Positions 8,632 to 20,450 of a DNA stretch of 64,000 bases are shown in pieces (positions within the stretch are counted from its first letter, which is position 1; every line of letters starts with the position of its first letter). The translations under genes were made by a program, and so were the position numbers. A model generated the notes under the pieces. The model saw only the letters and a program-made list of their open reading frames with translations, did not search any database and was not told where the DNA came from. Source of the stretch: Gemmobacter nectariphilus. GTDB taxonomy: Bacteria; Pseudomonadota; Alphaproteobacteria; Rhodobacterales; Rhodobacteraceae. Where the stretch lies: NCBI GenBank assembly GCA_020721445.1, contig DYMU01000002.1:138085-202084 (forward strand). The letters are read 5' to 3'.

Positions 8632-9711
8632 ATGGACCTGAGCGAACTGCGTGGCAAATACATCGGGGCCGTGGCACAGGCCGCATCCGAGGCCGCCCTG
8701 GAAGAGGTTCGCCTTGCCGCGCTGGGCAAGAAGGGCGAGATTTCTGCACTGATGGCCACCCTTGGCAAGATGGACCCCGACGCCCGCAAGGCTGCCGGGG
8801 CCGCGATGAACACGCTTCGCGATGAAATTGACGCCGCCCTGCGCGCCCGCAAGGCCGGTCTTGCCGATGCCGCGCTGAATGACCGGCTGCAATCCGAATG
8901 GCTGGACGTCACCCTTCCCGGCCGCCCCCGTCCGCGTGGCACCATCCACCCGGTCAGCCAGGTGATGGAGGAACTGACGGCCATCTTCGCCGACATGGGC
9001 TTTGCCGTGGCCGAAGGTCCGCAGGTCGAATCCGACTGGTACAACTTCGACGCGCTGAACATTCCGCCCGAACACCCGGCGCGGCAGGAACATGACACCT
9101 TCTTCATGCACCGTGCCCCCGGCGACACCCGCCCGCCGCATGTGCTGCGCACCCACACCAGCCCGGTGCAGATCCGCGCCGTGGTTGATCAGGGCGTGCC
9201 GCTGCGCGTCATCGCCCCCGGCCGCGTCTACCGCATGGACATGGACCAGACCCATACGCCGATGTTCCATCAGGTCGAAGGCATTGCCATCGACCGCGAC
9301 ATCAGCATGGCCAACCTGAAGTGGACACTGGAAGAATTCTGCCGCGCGTTCTTTGAGGTCGACAAGGTGGAACTGCGGTTCCGCGCCAGCCACTTCCCCT
9401 TCACCGAACCCTCGGCCGAGGTCGACATCCGCTATTCAAACGTCGGCGGCCAATTGCGGATCGGCGAGGGCGACAAGTGGATGGAGATCCTGGGTTCCGG
9501 CATGATGCACCCCAAGGTTCTGGCGGCGGCAGGGGTGGACCCCGATGAATGGCAGGGCTTTGCCTTTGGCATGGGCATCGACCGGATCGCCATGCTGAAG
9601 TACGGCATCCCCGACCTGCGGGCATTCTTTGAATCCGACTTGCGCTGGCTGCGTCACTACGGCTTTGCCGCGTTGGACATGCCCGACCTTGCCGGCGGGC
9701 TTAGCCGCTGA
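8632..9711 (+). CDS. pheS: phenylalanine--tRNA ligase alpha subunit
   Basis: 359 aa; [39 protein letters not shown] and [11 protein letters not shown] class II synthetase blocks. Confidence 0.95.
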   Translation: MDLSELRGKYIGAVAQAASEAALEEVRLAALGKKGEISALMATLGKMDPDARKAAGAAMNTLRDEIDAALRARKAGLADAALNDRLQSEWLDVTLPGRPRPRGTIHPVSQVMEELTAIFADMGFAVAEGPQVESDWYNFDALNIPPEHPARQEHDTFFMHRAPGDTRPPHVLRTHTSPVQIRAVVDQGVPLRVIAPGRVYRMDMDQTHTPMFHQVEGIAIDRDISMANLKWTLEEFCRAFFEVDKVELRFRASHFPFTEPSAEVDIRYSNVGGQLRIGEGDKWMEILGSGMMHPKVLAAAGVDPDEWQGFAFGMGIDRIAMLKYGIPDLRAFFESDLRWLRHYGFAALDMPDLAGGLSR

Positions 9712-9719
9712 CCGCAGCC

Positions 9720-9866
9720 CTAGGGTTGTAAGACGACCTGTGTCACGGTGCCATAACCGCGGGCGGCCAGCACGTAACAGACAATCGCGACGCCCAGCAT
9801 CAGGATCGTGGGCCACGGGTTGCGGCGTTTGTGGTTCTTGGGTTTGCTCAACATTGGGTCCATCAT
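9720..9866 (-). CDS. small putative membrane protein (44-48 aa), antisense within the pheS-pheT spacer
   Basis: Not in the ORF track (below its size cut-off). My translation: MMDPMLSKPKNHKRRNPWPTILMLGVAIVCYVLAARGYGTVTQVVLQP*. Basic N-terminus plus one hydrophobic helix; 35 of the last 44 codons end in G/C, as in real genes here. No convincing SD. Confidence 0.45.
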   Translation of the reverse strand: MMDPMLSKPKNHKRRNPWPTILMLGVAIVCYVLAARGYGTVTQVVLQP

Positions 9867-10021
9867 GCGCAACGGAATACCGGGCCGCTTCAGCGAAATT
9901 GTGGCGAACTTTCCCGATCAGCCGCAACAACCCGTTTCTGATCTGGAAACCCCCACCGCACAGCTTCCCCTTTGCGCCGCTTTGCGCTAATCGGGCCTAC
10001 GAAATCACGGGGATACACGCG

Positions 10022-12430
10022 ATGAAGTTCACCCTCTCCTGGCTGAAAGACCACCTCGACACGCAGGCGTCGCTGAACGACATCCTGTATGCCCTCACCG
10101 ATCTGGGGCTTGAGGTCGAAGAGGTTGTGAACCCCGCCGCCAAGCTGGCGCCCTTCACCATCGCCAAGGTGCTGGAGGCCGTGCAACACCCCGATGCCGA
10201 CCGCCTGCGCGTCTGCCGGGTGCTGACGGATGAGGGCGAAAAGCAGATCGTCTGCGGTGCCCCCAATGCCCGCGCGGGCATCACCGTCGTGCTGTGCAAA
10301 CCGGGCGATTACGTGCCCGGCATCGACACCACCCTTGGCATCGGCAAGATCCGCGGCGTCGAATCCCACGGCATGATGGCGTCCGAGCGTGAGCTGGAAC
10401 TGTCGGACGAACACAACGGCATCATCGAACTTGCCTCGGGCGAGGTCGGGGACAGCTTCACCGACTGGCTGGCCCAGAACCGCCCCGGCACGGTGGACCC
10501 GATGATCCACATCAAGATCACCCCGAACCGCCCCGATGCGCTGGGCGTGCGCGGCATTGCCCGCGATCTGGCGGCGCGCGGTTTGGGCAGCCTGAAACCC
10601 CTGTCCATCCCCCGGATTGACGGCCAGTTTGACTGCCCCATTCCGGTGCAGATCGACGCCGCACTGCGGGCCAAGGGCTGCCCGCATTTCGCAGGCCGCC
10701 TGATCCGCGGCGTGACCAACGGCCCATCGCCCGATTGGCTGCAACAGCGGCTGAAGGCCATCGGCTTGCGGCCGATCTCGGCGCTGGTCGATATCACCAA
10801 CTACTTCACCTTTGGCCTGAACCGCCCGCTGCACGTCTTTGACGCGGCCAAGGTGCAGGGCTGCTTGCGCATCCACCCGGCTGCGGGAGATGAGCAGTTT
10901 CTGGCGCTTGACGGCAAGACCTATACCCTTGCCCCCGGCATGATGGCGATTTCCGATGACGCGGGCGTTGAATCGCTGGCGGGCATCATGGGCGGCGAAC
11001 ATTCCGGCTGCACGCCCGACACCACCGATGTGTTCCTTGAATCGGCCTATTGGGATCCGATCACCATCGCCGCCACCGGCCGGGCGCTGCGCATCAATTC
11101 CGACGCGCGCTATCGCTTTGAACGCGGCGTTGACCCGGCCTTTACCCTGCCCGGTCTTGATCTGGCGACGCAGATGGTGCTTGACCTGTGCGGCGGCACC
11201 CCCAGCCATCTGGCCCAGGATGGCGCGGCCATCGACACCAGCCGCGCCTACCGGCTGAACCCCGCCCGCGTGATCAGCCTTGTCGGGATGGACATTCCCG
11301 AAGCCGAACAGCGCGCCACGCTGACCGCTTTGGGTTTTACCCTGACCGGCGACATGGCCACCCCGCCAAGCTGGCGCCCCGATGTGCTGGGCGAGGCGGA
11401 TCTGGTGGAAGAGGTCGCGCGTGTGGCCAGCCTGACCAAACTTGTCGGCAAACCGCTGCCGCGCGCCAGTGCCGGCGTGCCGAAACCGATCCTGACCCCG
11501 CTGCAACAGCGCGAACGCACGGCCCGCCGCACCATCGCCGCGCTTGGCTACAACGAATGCATCACCTACAGCTTCATTGACGAGGCGGCGGCACGGCTGT
11601 TTGGCGGTGGGGCAGATGCCGTGCGGGTGGAAAACCCGATTTCGTCGGAAATGTCGCATTTGCGCCCCGATCTGCTGCCCGGCCTGCTGCGGGCCGCGGC
11701 CCGCAATCAGGCGCGCGGCTTCATGGACCTGTGTTTGGCCGAAATCGGCCCGGCCTTCTCCGGCGGCGAACCTGGCGATCAGCACCTGCAAGCCACCGGC
11801 CTGCTGGTGGGCCAGTCCGCCCCGCGTGATCCGTATGGCAGCCGCCGACCGGTCGATGTGTTCGACGCCAAGGCCGATGCCGAGGCGGTGCTTTCCGCCT
11901 TGGGCGCGCCCGCCCGGGTGCAGATCACCCGCAAGGTGGCCGGTTGGTGGCACCCCGGCCGGTCGGGTGCAATCGGCCTTGGCCCCAATGTGATGGCAAC
12001 CTTTGGCGAGGTTCACCCAAAGGTGCTGGCCGAACTGGGCGTCAAGGGCCCCGCCGTTGCCTTTACTGTGCTGGTCGCCGCCATTCCCTATCCCAAGGTC
12101 AAAACCCCGACCCGCCCGGCGCTGGTGATCAGCGATCTGCAAGCGGTGGACCGCGATTTCGCCTTTGTGGTCGATGCGCGGGTTGAAGGGCTGACCGCGG
12201 TCAACGCCGCCCTTGGCGCCGACAAGGCCCTGATCGAAAGCGTGCGCGTCTTCGACCAGTTCACCGGCGACAAGGCCGAGGCGCAGATGGGTGCGGGCAA
12301 GAAATCCTTGGCCCTGACCGTGCGCCTGCAACCCACAACCGCCACCCTGACCGAGGCCGAGATCGAGGCGGTTTCCGCCCGGATCATCGACAAGGTCAGC
12401 AAGGCCACGGGTGGCACCCTGCGCGGTTGA
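10022..12430 (+). CDS. pheT: phenylalanine--tRNA ligase beta subunit
   Basis: Start set at ATG 10022 (MKFTLSWLKDHLDT, the canonical PheT N-terminus); 802 aa. The ORF-track extension to 9629 is Arg-rich and non-homologous. Confidence 0.95.
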   Translation: MKFTLSWLKDHLDTQASLNDILYALTDLGLEVEEVVNPAAKLAPFTIAKVLEAVQHPDADRLRVCRVLTDEGEKQIVCGAPNARAGITVVLCKPGDYVPGIDTTLGIGKIRGVESHGMMASERELELSDEHNGIIELASGEVGDSFTDWLAQNRPGTVDPMIHIKITPNRPDALGVRGIARDLAARGLGSLKPLSIPRIDGQFDCPIPVQIDAALRAKGCPHFAGRLIRGVTNGPSPDWLQQRLKAIGLRPISALVDITNYFTFGLNRPLHVFDAAKVQGCLRIHPAAGDEQFLALDGKTYTLAPGMMAISDDAGVESLAGIMGGEHSGCTPDTTDVFLESAYWDPITIAATGRALRINSDARYRFERGVDPAFTLPGLDLATQMVLDLCGGTPSHLAQDGAAIDTSRAYRLNPARVISLVGMDIPEAEQRATLTALGFTLTGDMATPPSWRPDVLGEADLVEEVARVASLTKLVGKPLPRASAGVPKPILTPLQQRERTARRTIAALGYNECITYSFIDEAAARLFGGGADAVRVENPISSEMSHLRPDLLPGLLRAAARNQARGFMDLCLAEIGPAFSGGEPGDQHLQATGLLVGQSAPRDPYGSRRPVDVFDAKADAEAVLSALGAPARVQITRKVAGWWHPGRSGAIGLGPNVMATFGEVHPKVLAELGVKGPAVAFTVLVAAIPYPKVKTPTRPALVISDLQAVDRDFAFVVDARVEGLTAVNAALGADKALIESVRVFDQFTGDKAEAQMGAGKKSLALTVRLQPTTATLTEAEIEAVSARIIDKVSKATGGTLRG

Positions 12431-12486
12431 CGGTTGTTCGGCGTGGTCACGGCGTGACCACGCGTGCACCACGACCATGGCACGCC

Positions 12487-12520
12487 AAAAACACGGGCCT
12501 GCCCCATCCGGCGCAGGCCC
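12487..12520 (-). terminator. putative intrinsic terminator downstream of gyrB
   Basis: gggcctgc (12495-12502) / gcaggccc (12513-12520) hairpin. On the minus strand it is followed by GTGTTTTT. Confidence 0.55.
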
Positions 12521-12525
12521 GCAGC

Positions 12526-15006
<2,481 letters not shown>

Positions 15007-15059
15007 TTATAGCGGTTGGGGCCGGGAATGTCACCCCTTCGACACAATATTTAGCAGTC

Positions 15060-15680
15060 TCAGGTAAAGGGTATGACCATCCCGACCAGCACCAGAAGCC
15101 CGCCCGAAACCAGGTTCAGCCGCCGCAGGCTTTGCGGGCTTTGCAGCAGGCGGCGCGCCCGGTCCAGAAACAGCGCAAGGCACAGGTTGCCAACCATCGG
15201 GATCAGCGCCGATACGGCCAGAATGGCGGCAATGTCCCAGGCGGTGACCCGGCTCAGGTCAAAAAAGCCGGGAAGGAACCCCATGTAAAACAAGATGGCC
15301 TTGGGGTTGCCGATGACCGCGGCCACCCCCACCGAAAACCCGGCCCAGACACCGGGCCGGGTCAACCGGCTGTCGGCCCCCGGCATCGCGGCCGGCTTGC
15401 GGATCAGCAAGATGCCCATCGCAATGAACACCACCGCCGCAATCCAGCGCATCACGGCCAGCAGATCGCCATACAGCGACAGCACCCAGGCCAGTCCCAG
15501 AATGGCGCAGAACGGCCAGATCAGATCGCCCAAGGCTACCCCGACCGCCAGCGGCCAGGCCCCCGCCATGCCGCCCGACAGCGCGCGCGCGGTCAGCGCC
15601 ACCCAGACCGGGCCGGGGATCACCCACAGCCCGACCATGGCAAGGGCGTAAAGCCCCAACTGATGCAGGGTCACGGTCAT
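15060..15680 (-). CDS. LysE/RhtB-family amino-acid exporter
   Basis: 206 aa multi-TM protein with an N-terminal ...IPGPVWV... segment and a family-typical length. Confidence 0.85.
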   Translation of the reverse strand: MTVTLHQLGLYALAMVGLWVIPGPVWVALTARALSGGMAGAWPLAVGVALGDLIWPFCAILGLAWVLSLYGDLLAVMRWIAAVVFIAMGILLIRKPAAMPGADSRLTRPGVWAGFSVGVAAVIGNPKAILFYMGFLPGFFDLSRVTAWDIAAILAVSALIPMVGNLCLALFLDRARRLLQSPQSLRRLNLVSGGLLVLVGMVIPFT

Positions 15681-15687
15681 CTGAGGG

Positions 15688-16131
15688 TCACTCCGGCAAG
15701 GTCAGGCTGCCATCGGGGTTCAAGGGCCAGAACGGGTTCATCGCCATCTCCCAGACATGGCCATCGGCATCGGCCCAATAGCCGGAATAGCCGCCCCAGA
15801 ACACCTTCTCGGGCCGCTTGAGTGCCGTGGCCCCTGCGGCCAAGGCCGCCTCGAATGCGGCATCGACCTCGGCCTCGGTGGCAAAGTTCTGGGCCAGCGT
15901 TACCGCCCCGGATCCCAGTTGCGCGCCCGGCCGGCCCTGATCAGCGGCCAGATCCGCGCGCCCGAACAGCGCCAGTGCCGCCCCCGGCATCTGGAAAAAT
16001 GCAATGCCCTGCTGGCTTTCAGGATGCTCGACCCACCCAAGCCGCGCATAAAACGCCCGCGCTGCCACCAGATCGGCCACACCCAGCGTGATCACAGATA
16101 CCCGCTGCACCCCGGCCTTCAGCACCGTCAT
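15688..16131 (-). CDS. VOC (glyoxalase/bleomycin-resistance) family protein
   Basis: 147 aa; ITLGVADLVAARAFYARLGW... and ...GYWADADGHVWEMA pattern typical of VOC domains. ATGA overlap with the recF stop. Confidence 0.8.
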   Translation of the reverse strand: MTVLKAGVQRVSVITLGVADLVAARAFYARLGWVEHPESQQGIAFFQMPGAALALFGRADLAADQGRPGAQLGSGAVTLAQNFATEAEVDAAFEAALAAGATALKRPEKVFWGGYSGYWADADGHVWEMAMNPFWPLNPDGSLTLPE

Positions 16132-17216
16132 CCCGTCACCTCCGACACGCCACCATCCTCCGACACCGCCAAGCTTTGCGCCCGCGCCCCCAGACTGTCA
16201 AACAGCGCCGGTTCCGTGCCGGTCATCAGGGCCTGGGCCCCCAAGGCGCAAATCTCGTCATACAGCGCCGCTCTGCGGCCTGCATCCAGATGCGCTGCCA
16301 CCTCATCCAGCAACAAGACCGGGGCCCGCCCCAGATCGGCCGCCAAGGCCCGCGCATTGGCAAGGATCAGGCTGATCAGCAACGCCTTTTGCTCGCCGGT
16401 CGAACATTGCTCGGCCGCGACACCTTTGGCGGCAAAGACAGCGGCCAGATCCACCCGATGCGGCCCGTGCAAGGTGCGCCCTGCGGCCATGTCACGCCGC
16501 CGCCCTTCGGCCAATGCCAGGGCAAGGTCGGGGGCGTGGCCTTCGGGGTGCACCAAGGTCAGATCGGCACGGGGAAAGGCGGTCTCGGCCCCGTCCTGCG
16601 CCGCTGCCAGCCGGGTCAGGGCCGCCGCGCGGTTCGCATCCATCAGCGCCGCGGCCTCAGCCATACGCGCCTCAACCACACCATACCAGTGCGGGTCGCT
16701 GACCTGATCCTTCAGCAACCGGTTGCGTTCGCGCATCGCCTTGTCATAGGCCAGAACCGCCTCGGCATGGTCTGGCACGAAACTCAGGGTGATCCGGTCC
16801 AGAAATCGCCGCCGTCCTTCGGCAGCCTCGATCCACAGCCGGTCCATCGCAGGCACCAGCCACAGGATGCGCAGCACCCGTCCCAGCATCACCTGCGTCG
16901 CTGCCTTGCCGTCAATCCGCACCACACGGGCCTCGCTGCCGGTCGCGAAGGTCTGCACCTCATGCGCCGCATCCAGCCCCACCACGTCGGACAGGATCTT
17001 CCAGCCAATCCTGTCTGGTCGCCGCGCCAGGTCCTCGGCCCCGGCCCGGCGCAGCCCGCGACCGGGTGACAGCAGCGATACAGCCTCCAGAATATTGGTC
17101 TTGCCGGCCCCGTTTGGCCCGTGCAGCGCCACGGGCCGCCCGTCAAACGCCAGCCGGGTCAGCCGATGGCTGCGAAACTGCGACAGCACCAGCGACCTGA
17201 TCGCAAGCCCAGCCAC
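16128..17216 (-). CDS. recF: DNA replication and repair protein RecF
   Basis: 362 aa; Walker A GPNGAGKTNILEA, signature STGEQKALLISL and Walker B LLLDEVAAHLD. Confidence 0.93.
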   Translation of the reverse strand: MAGLAIRSLVLSQFRSHRLTRLAFDGRPVALHGPNGAGKTNILEAVSLLSPGRGLRRAGAEDLARRPDRIGWKILSDVVGLDAAHEVQTFATGSEARVVRIDGKAATQVMLGRVLRILWLVPAMDRLWIEAAEGRRRFLDRITLSFVPDHAEAVLAYDKAMRERNRLLKDQVSDPHWYGVVEARMAEAAALMDANRAAALTRLAAAQDGAETAFPRADLTLVHPEGHAPDLALALAEGRRRDMAAGRTLHGPHRVDLAAVFAAKGVAAEQCSTGEQKALLISLILANARALAADLGRAPVLLLDEVAAHLDAGRRAALYDEICALGAQALMTGTEPALFDSLGARAQSLAVSEDGGVSEVTG

Positions 17217-17285
17217 ACGCAGCCCCTCTTTCTCTTTCCAAAAATATCCCGGGGGGTGCGGGGGGCTGGCCCCCCGCTGTCACCG
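17217..17285. repeat. REP-like intergenic element (copy B): 8-bp G/C hairpin plus CCCCCGGGATATTTTT motif (minus-strand reading)
   Basis: gcgggggg-ctgg-ccccccgc hairpin at 17258-17277. The minus strand then reads ACCCCCCGGGATATTTTTGGAAAGAGAAAGAGGGG. Same architecture as the element at 49511-49614. Confidence 0.5.
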
Positions 17286-17289
17286 CCGG

Positions 17290-18408
17290 CTACACGCGCA
17301 TCGGCATCACGACATAGATCGCGCTGGTGTCATTGCCTTCGCGCATCAGGGTCGGGTCGCCCGACGAGTTGAACAGGAACACGGCGTTCTCGCGGTCCAC
17401 CTGGCTGGCGATTTCCAGCAGATACTTGGCGTTGAAGCCGATCTCCAGCCGCTCGTCGGCGTAGGCGACGGCAAGTTCTTCCTCGGCGGCACCGGAATCG
17501 GGGGCGTTCACCGACAGGATCAGCCGGTCTTCGTCCAGCGACAGTTTGACCGCACGCGAGCGTTCGCTGGACACGGTCGCCACACGGTCCACCGCCTTGG
17601 CAAATTCGGCGGCGTCCACATCAAGCCGGCGGGTGTTTCCGGTCGGGATCACGCGGGTATAGTCGGGGAAGGTGCCGTCGATGACCTTTGAGGTCAGCAC
17701 GATCGCCGGGGTGGCAAAGCGGACCTTGGTTTCGCTGACCGAAACCGCAATCGTCGCCTCGTCATCATCCAAGAGCTTGCGCAATTCGGCCACCGTCTTG
17801 CGCGGCACGATCACGCCGGGCATGCCAGCCGCGCCTTCGGGCAGGGGGGCATCGATTCGCGCCAGACGGTGGCCATCGGTGGCGACGCAGCGCAATACCG
17901 GGCCGTCTTCGCCGGTGGCGACATGCATGTAGACGCCGTTCAGGTAATAGCGCGTCTCTTCGGTCGAGATCGCAAACTTTGCCTTGTCGAACAGCCGCCG
18001 CAAGGCCGGGGCCGGGGCCGAGAAGTTCGACGAATATTCCGACGTTGCCATCACCGGAAAATCTTCCTTCGGCAAGGTGGCAAGGCTGAAGTTCGACCGC
18101 CCCGCCATGATCGTCAGCCGGCCCGAGGCCGGGTCTTCGGTCAGGTTCACCAGCGCACCGTCGGGCAGTTTGCGCACAATCTCGTGCAGCATCACCGCCG
18201 AAACCGTGGTGGAACCCGGACGTTCGACCATCGCGGGGGCGCGGTCGACCACCTCGATATCCAGATCGGTGGCGCGAAATGAAACTTGCGCGCCCTCAGC
18301 CTCGATCAGCACGTTGGCGAGAATCGGAATTGTGTTGCGCCGTTCCACCACGGACTGGGCCTGAGACAGCGCCTTGAGCAGCGTGCCACGTTCGATCGAA
18401 AGCTTCAT
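17290..18408 (-). CDS. dnaN: DNA polymerase III beta sliding clamp
   Basis: Start set at MKLSIERGTLLKALSQAQSVVERRNTIPIL (ATG 18408; an adjacent ATG at 18411 is also possible); 372 aa. Confidence 0.95.
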   Translation of the reverse strand: MKLSIERGTLLKALSQAQSVVERRNTIPILANVLIEAEGAQVSFRATDLDIEVVDRAPAMVERPGSTTVSAVMLHEIVRKLPDGALVNLTEDPASGRLTIMAGRSNFSLATLPKEDFPVMATSEYSSNFSAPAPALRRLFDKAKFAISTEETRYYLNGVYMHVATGEDGPVLRCVATDGHRLARIDAPLPEGAAGMPGVIVPRKTVAELRKLLDDDEATIAVSVSETKVRFATPAIVLTSKVIDGTFPDYTRVIPTGNTRRLDVDAAEFAKAVDRVATVSSERSRAVKLSLDEDRLILSVNAPDSGAAEEELAVAYADERLEIGFNAKYLLEIASQVDRENAVFLFNSSGDPTLMREGNDTSAIYVVMPMRV

Positions 18409-18533
18409 CATCCATCCCCCTGCCGGGCCGTTAGGGACGCCGACAATACCCAGCTTTCGCAGCTTCACAAGTGCTTTAGCCGACAGTGTGTGGCTTTGCC
18501 GCCAAGGTCAAGGCCCCCGCAGCAAGCCGCCCG

Positions 18534-19916
18534 TCAGCTTTGCAGCAGACGTTTCAAAAGCTGCACATCATCGGCCATCTGGCCATCTGCCGTCATCAGC
18601 TCTTCGATCTTGCGGATGCCGTGCATGATGGTGGTGTGGTCGCGCCCGCCAAACCGCCGCCCGATCTCGGGCAGGCTGCGGCTGGTCATCTGTTTGGACA
18701 GATACATCGCCACCTGACGCGGCCGCGCGATGGTGCGCAGGCGTTTCGGCCCGATCATGTCGGACAGGCGGACATTGTAATGCTCGGCCACCTTGCGCTG
18801 AATTTCTTCGATGGTCAGGCGCTTGTCGGATGACCGCAGGATATCGGACAGGCATTCCTGCACCAGATCCAGGTTGATCTCGCGGCCCACCAGCGAGGCA
18901 AACGCAAACAGGCGCATCAGCGCGCCTTCCAGAACGCGCACATTCGTGGTGATCCGATGCGCCAGAAACTCCAGCACCCCCGGTGCCAGGGTCAGGTCGC
19001 GGTATTGCCCGGCGTAATGGTCAAGCTTGGCCTGCAGAATGCCCAGACGCAGTTCGTAATCGGTGGGATGCAGGTCCACGACCAGCCCCGATTGCAGACG
19101 CGAGCGGATGCGCTCTTCCAGATCCTTGATCTCGCCCGGCGCACGATCAGCCGACAGCACGATCTGTTTGTTGTTGTCGACCAAGGCGTTGAAGGTGTGA
19201 AAAAACTCTTCCTGCGTGCTGTCCTTGCCGGCGATGAACTGCACATCATCCACCATCAGCACATCGACCGACCGGAACAGTTCCTTGAAGTTCATGATCT
19301 GCTTGTCGCGCAGCGCCTGCACGAAGCGATACATGAATTGCTCGGCCGACAGGTAAAGCACCCGCAAGTCCGGGCGGCTTTGTTTCAATTCATGCACCAT
19401 GGCATGCATCAGATGGGTCTTGCCCAGACCGACGCCACCATAAAGGAACAGCGGATTGAAGGTCACCGGCCCGCCTTCTGCCACCCGACGTGCGGCGGCA
19501 TGGGCAAGCTCGTTCGGTTTGCCGACGACGAAACTGTCGAAGGTGAAGCGGGTTTCAAGCTGCGCCCCTGTCAGCTCGTCCGGAATGGCGCCCCGTGTGC
19601 CGTTGGTCTTTTGCGAGGACCGCTGTGCAGGCTTGGTCGCCGTGGCGTTGTTCACCGGAAGGATGGCCGCCGGTTGCGTCGCAACCATGAACTCGACACG
19701 GTCAACCGGCGCGCCGGCAACAGCCAGCTGACCACGAATGTGATCGGAAAAATTGCGTGACACCCAATCGCCGAAGAAGGTCGTTGGCACCTCGAAACGG
19801 GCGACACCGTTTTTCAGATGCGACAAGCGCAGCGGTTCAATCCAGGTCGTGTAGTTGTTTCTGCCAACTCGCTTGATCAGTTCTTCCCGAACCTGTCCCC
19901 ATGCGTCGTTCGTCAT
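18534..19916 (-). CDS. dnaA: chromosomal replication initiator protein DnaA
   Basis: Start set at ATG 19916 (MTNDAWGQVREELIKRVGRNNYTTWIEPL). Walker A GGVGLGKTHLMHA, LMVDDVQF, and C-terminal DNA-binding RRFGGRDHTTIMHG. The 76 upstream codons of the ORF-track version have low third-position GC and look non-coding. Confidence 0.95.
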   Translation of the reverse strand: MTNDAWGQVREELIKRVGRNNYTTWIEPLRLSHLKNGVARFEVPTTFFGDWVSRNFSDHIRGQLAVAGAPVDRVEFMVATQPAAILPVNNATATKPAQRSSQKTNGTRGAIPDELTGAQLETRFTFDSFVVGKPNELAHAAARRVAEGGPVTFNPLFLYGGVGLGKTHLMHAMVHELKQSRPDLRVLYLSAEQFMYRFVQALRDKQIMNFKELFRSVDVLMVDDVQFIAGKDSTQEEFFHTFNALVDNNKQIVLSADRAPGEIKDLEERIRSRLQSGLVVDLHPTDYELRLGILQAKLDHYAGQYRDLTLAPGVLEFLAHRITTNVRVLEGALMRLFAFASLVGREINLDLVQECLSDILRSSDKRLTIEEIQRKVAEHYNVRLSDMIGPKRLRTIARPRQVAMYLSKQMTSRSLPEIGRRFGGRDHTTIMHGIRKIEELMTADGQMADDVQLLKRLLQS

Positions 19917-20387
19917 TCGCCTCGACCTGTTTTTCCGTCCGCGCACCCCGCTTGCGCGGATGGGACTGTTTTTCACGCACCAACCTGCGATTCCCATGGG
20001 TACACCAAGACCTACCGTTGCGGCACAAGTGCGGCGAACGGAGGCCCAGATGACTGGGATAAACACAACACAGACCAAAACGGGCAACAGAAAGTAACTG
20101 TCGCCATCCCAATCTGCCCGAGTGCGGAAAACCGCAAACAGCATAACTTGTTGATCTATCGCACGAATAAGACGGTAAAGCAGGCAGCAAGTCCCGTCTG
20201 GTTGGTGCTTTAGATCCCGTCATGTCCCCCAAGACGAAGTGAATCGCTTGGTGAGGCTAGCAAGCCGGTGACGGCCTTCGCAACCGAACTATGGTGTTGA
20301 CAGAGGTTTGCCCAAAGCGAATCCGATGCCTTCGGCAAATCCGCAACGCCGGGCGGAAAAACTGCTTTGAATCACGATCGCGCGAGC

Positions 20388-20418
20388 AAAAAGGGCGTCC
20401 CGTGATCGGGACGCCCTT
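20388..20418 (-). terminator. intrinsic terminator of rpsT
   Basis: The minus strand reads AAGGGCGTCCCG-atca-CGGGACGCCCTT followed by TTTTGC, 33 nt after the rpsT stop. Confidence 0.7.
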
Positions 20419-20450
20419 GACATGAAAAACCTGTAACCGTTTTTTGCGAC

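Noticed and set aside
9808-9990. A 60-aa plus-strand ORF in the pheS-pheT spacer.
   Set aside because: The composition is unremarkable, with no hydrophobic or motif features. It overlaps the better-supported minus-strand mini-ORF and runs into the pheT ribosome-binding region. It is considered noise.
9890-12478. An 862-aa ORF on the minus strand, covering all of pheT.
   Set aside because: It is antisense to an unmistakable pheT. The translation is Arg/Gly/Ala/His-rich low-complexity sequence with no motifs. Such stop-free antisense frames are expected at this GC content.
19917-20450. The chromosomal origin (oriC) in the AT-richer region upstream of dnaA.
   Set aside because: I could not find any DnaA box with fewer than about 3 mismatches to TTATCCACA here, nor an obvious AT-rich repeat DUE. 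In many alphaproteobacteria the origin lies elsewhere (e.g. near hemE). A GC-skew and DnaA-box cluster analysis of the whole replicon would be needed.
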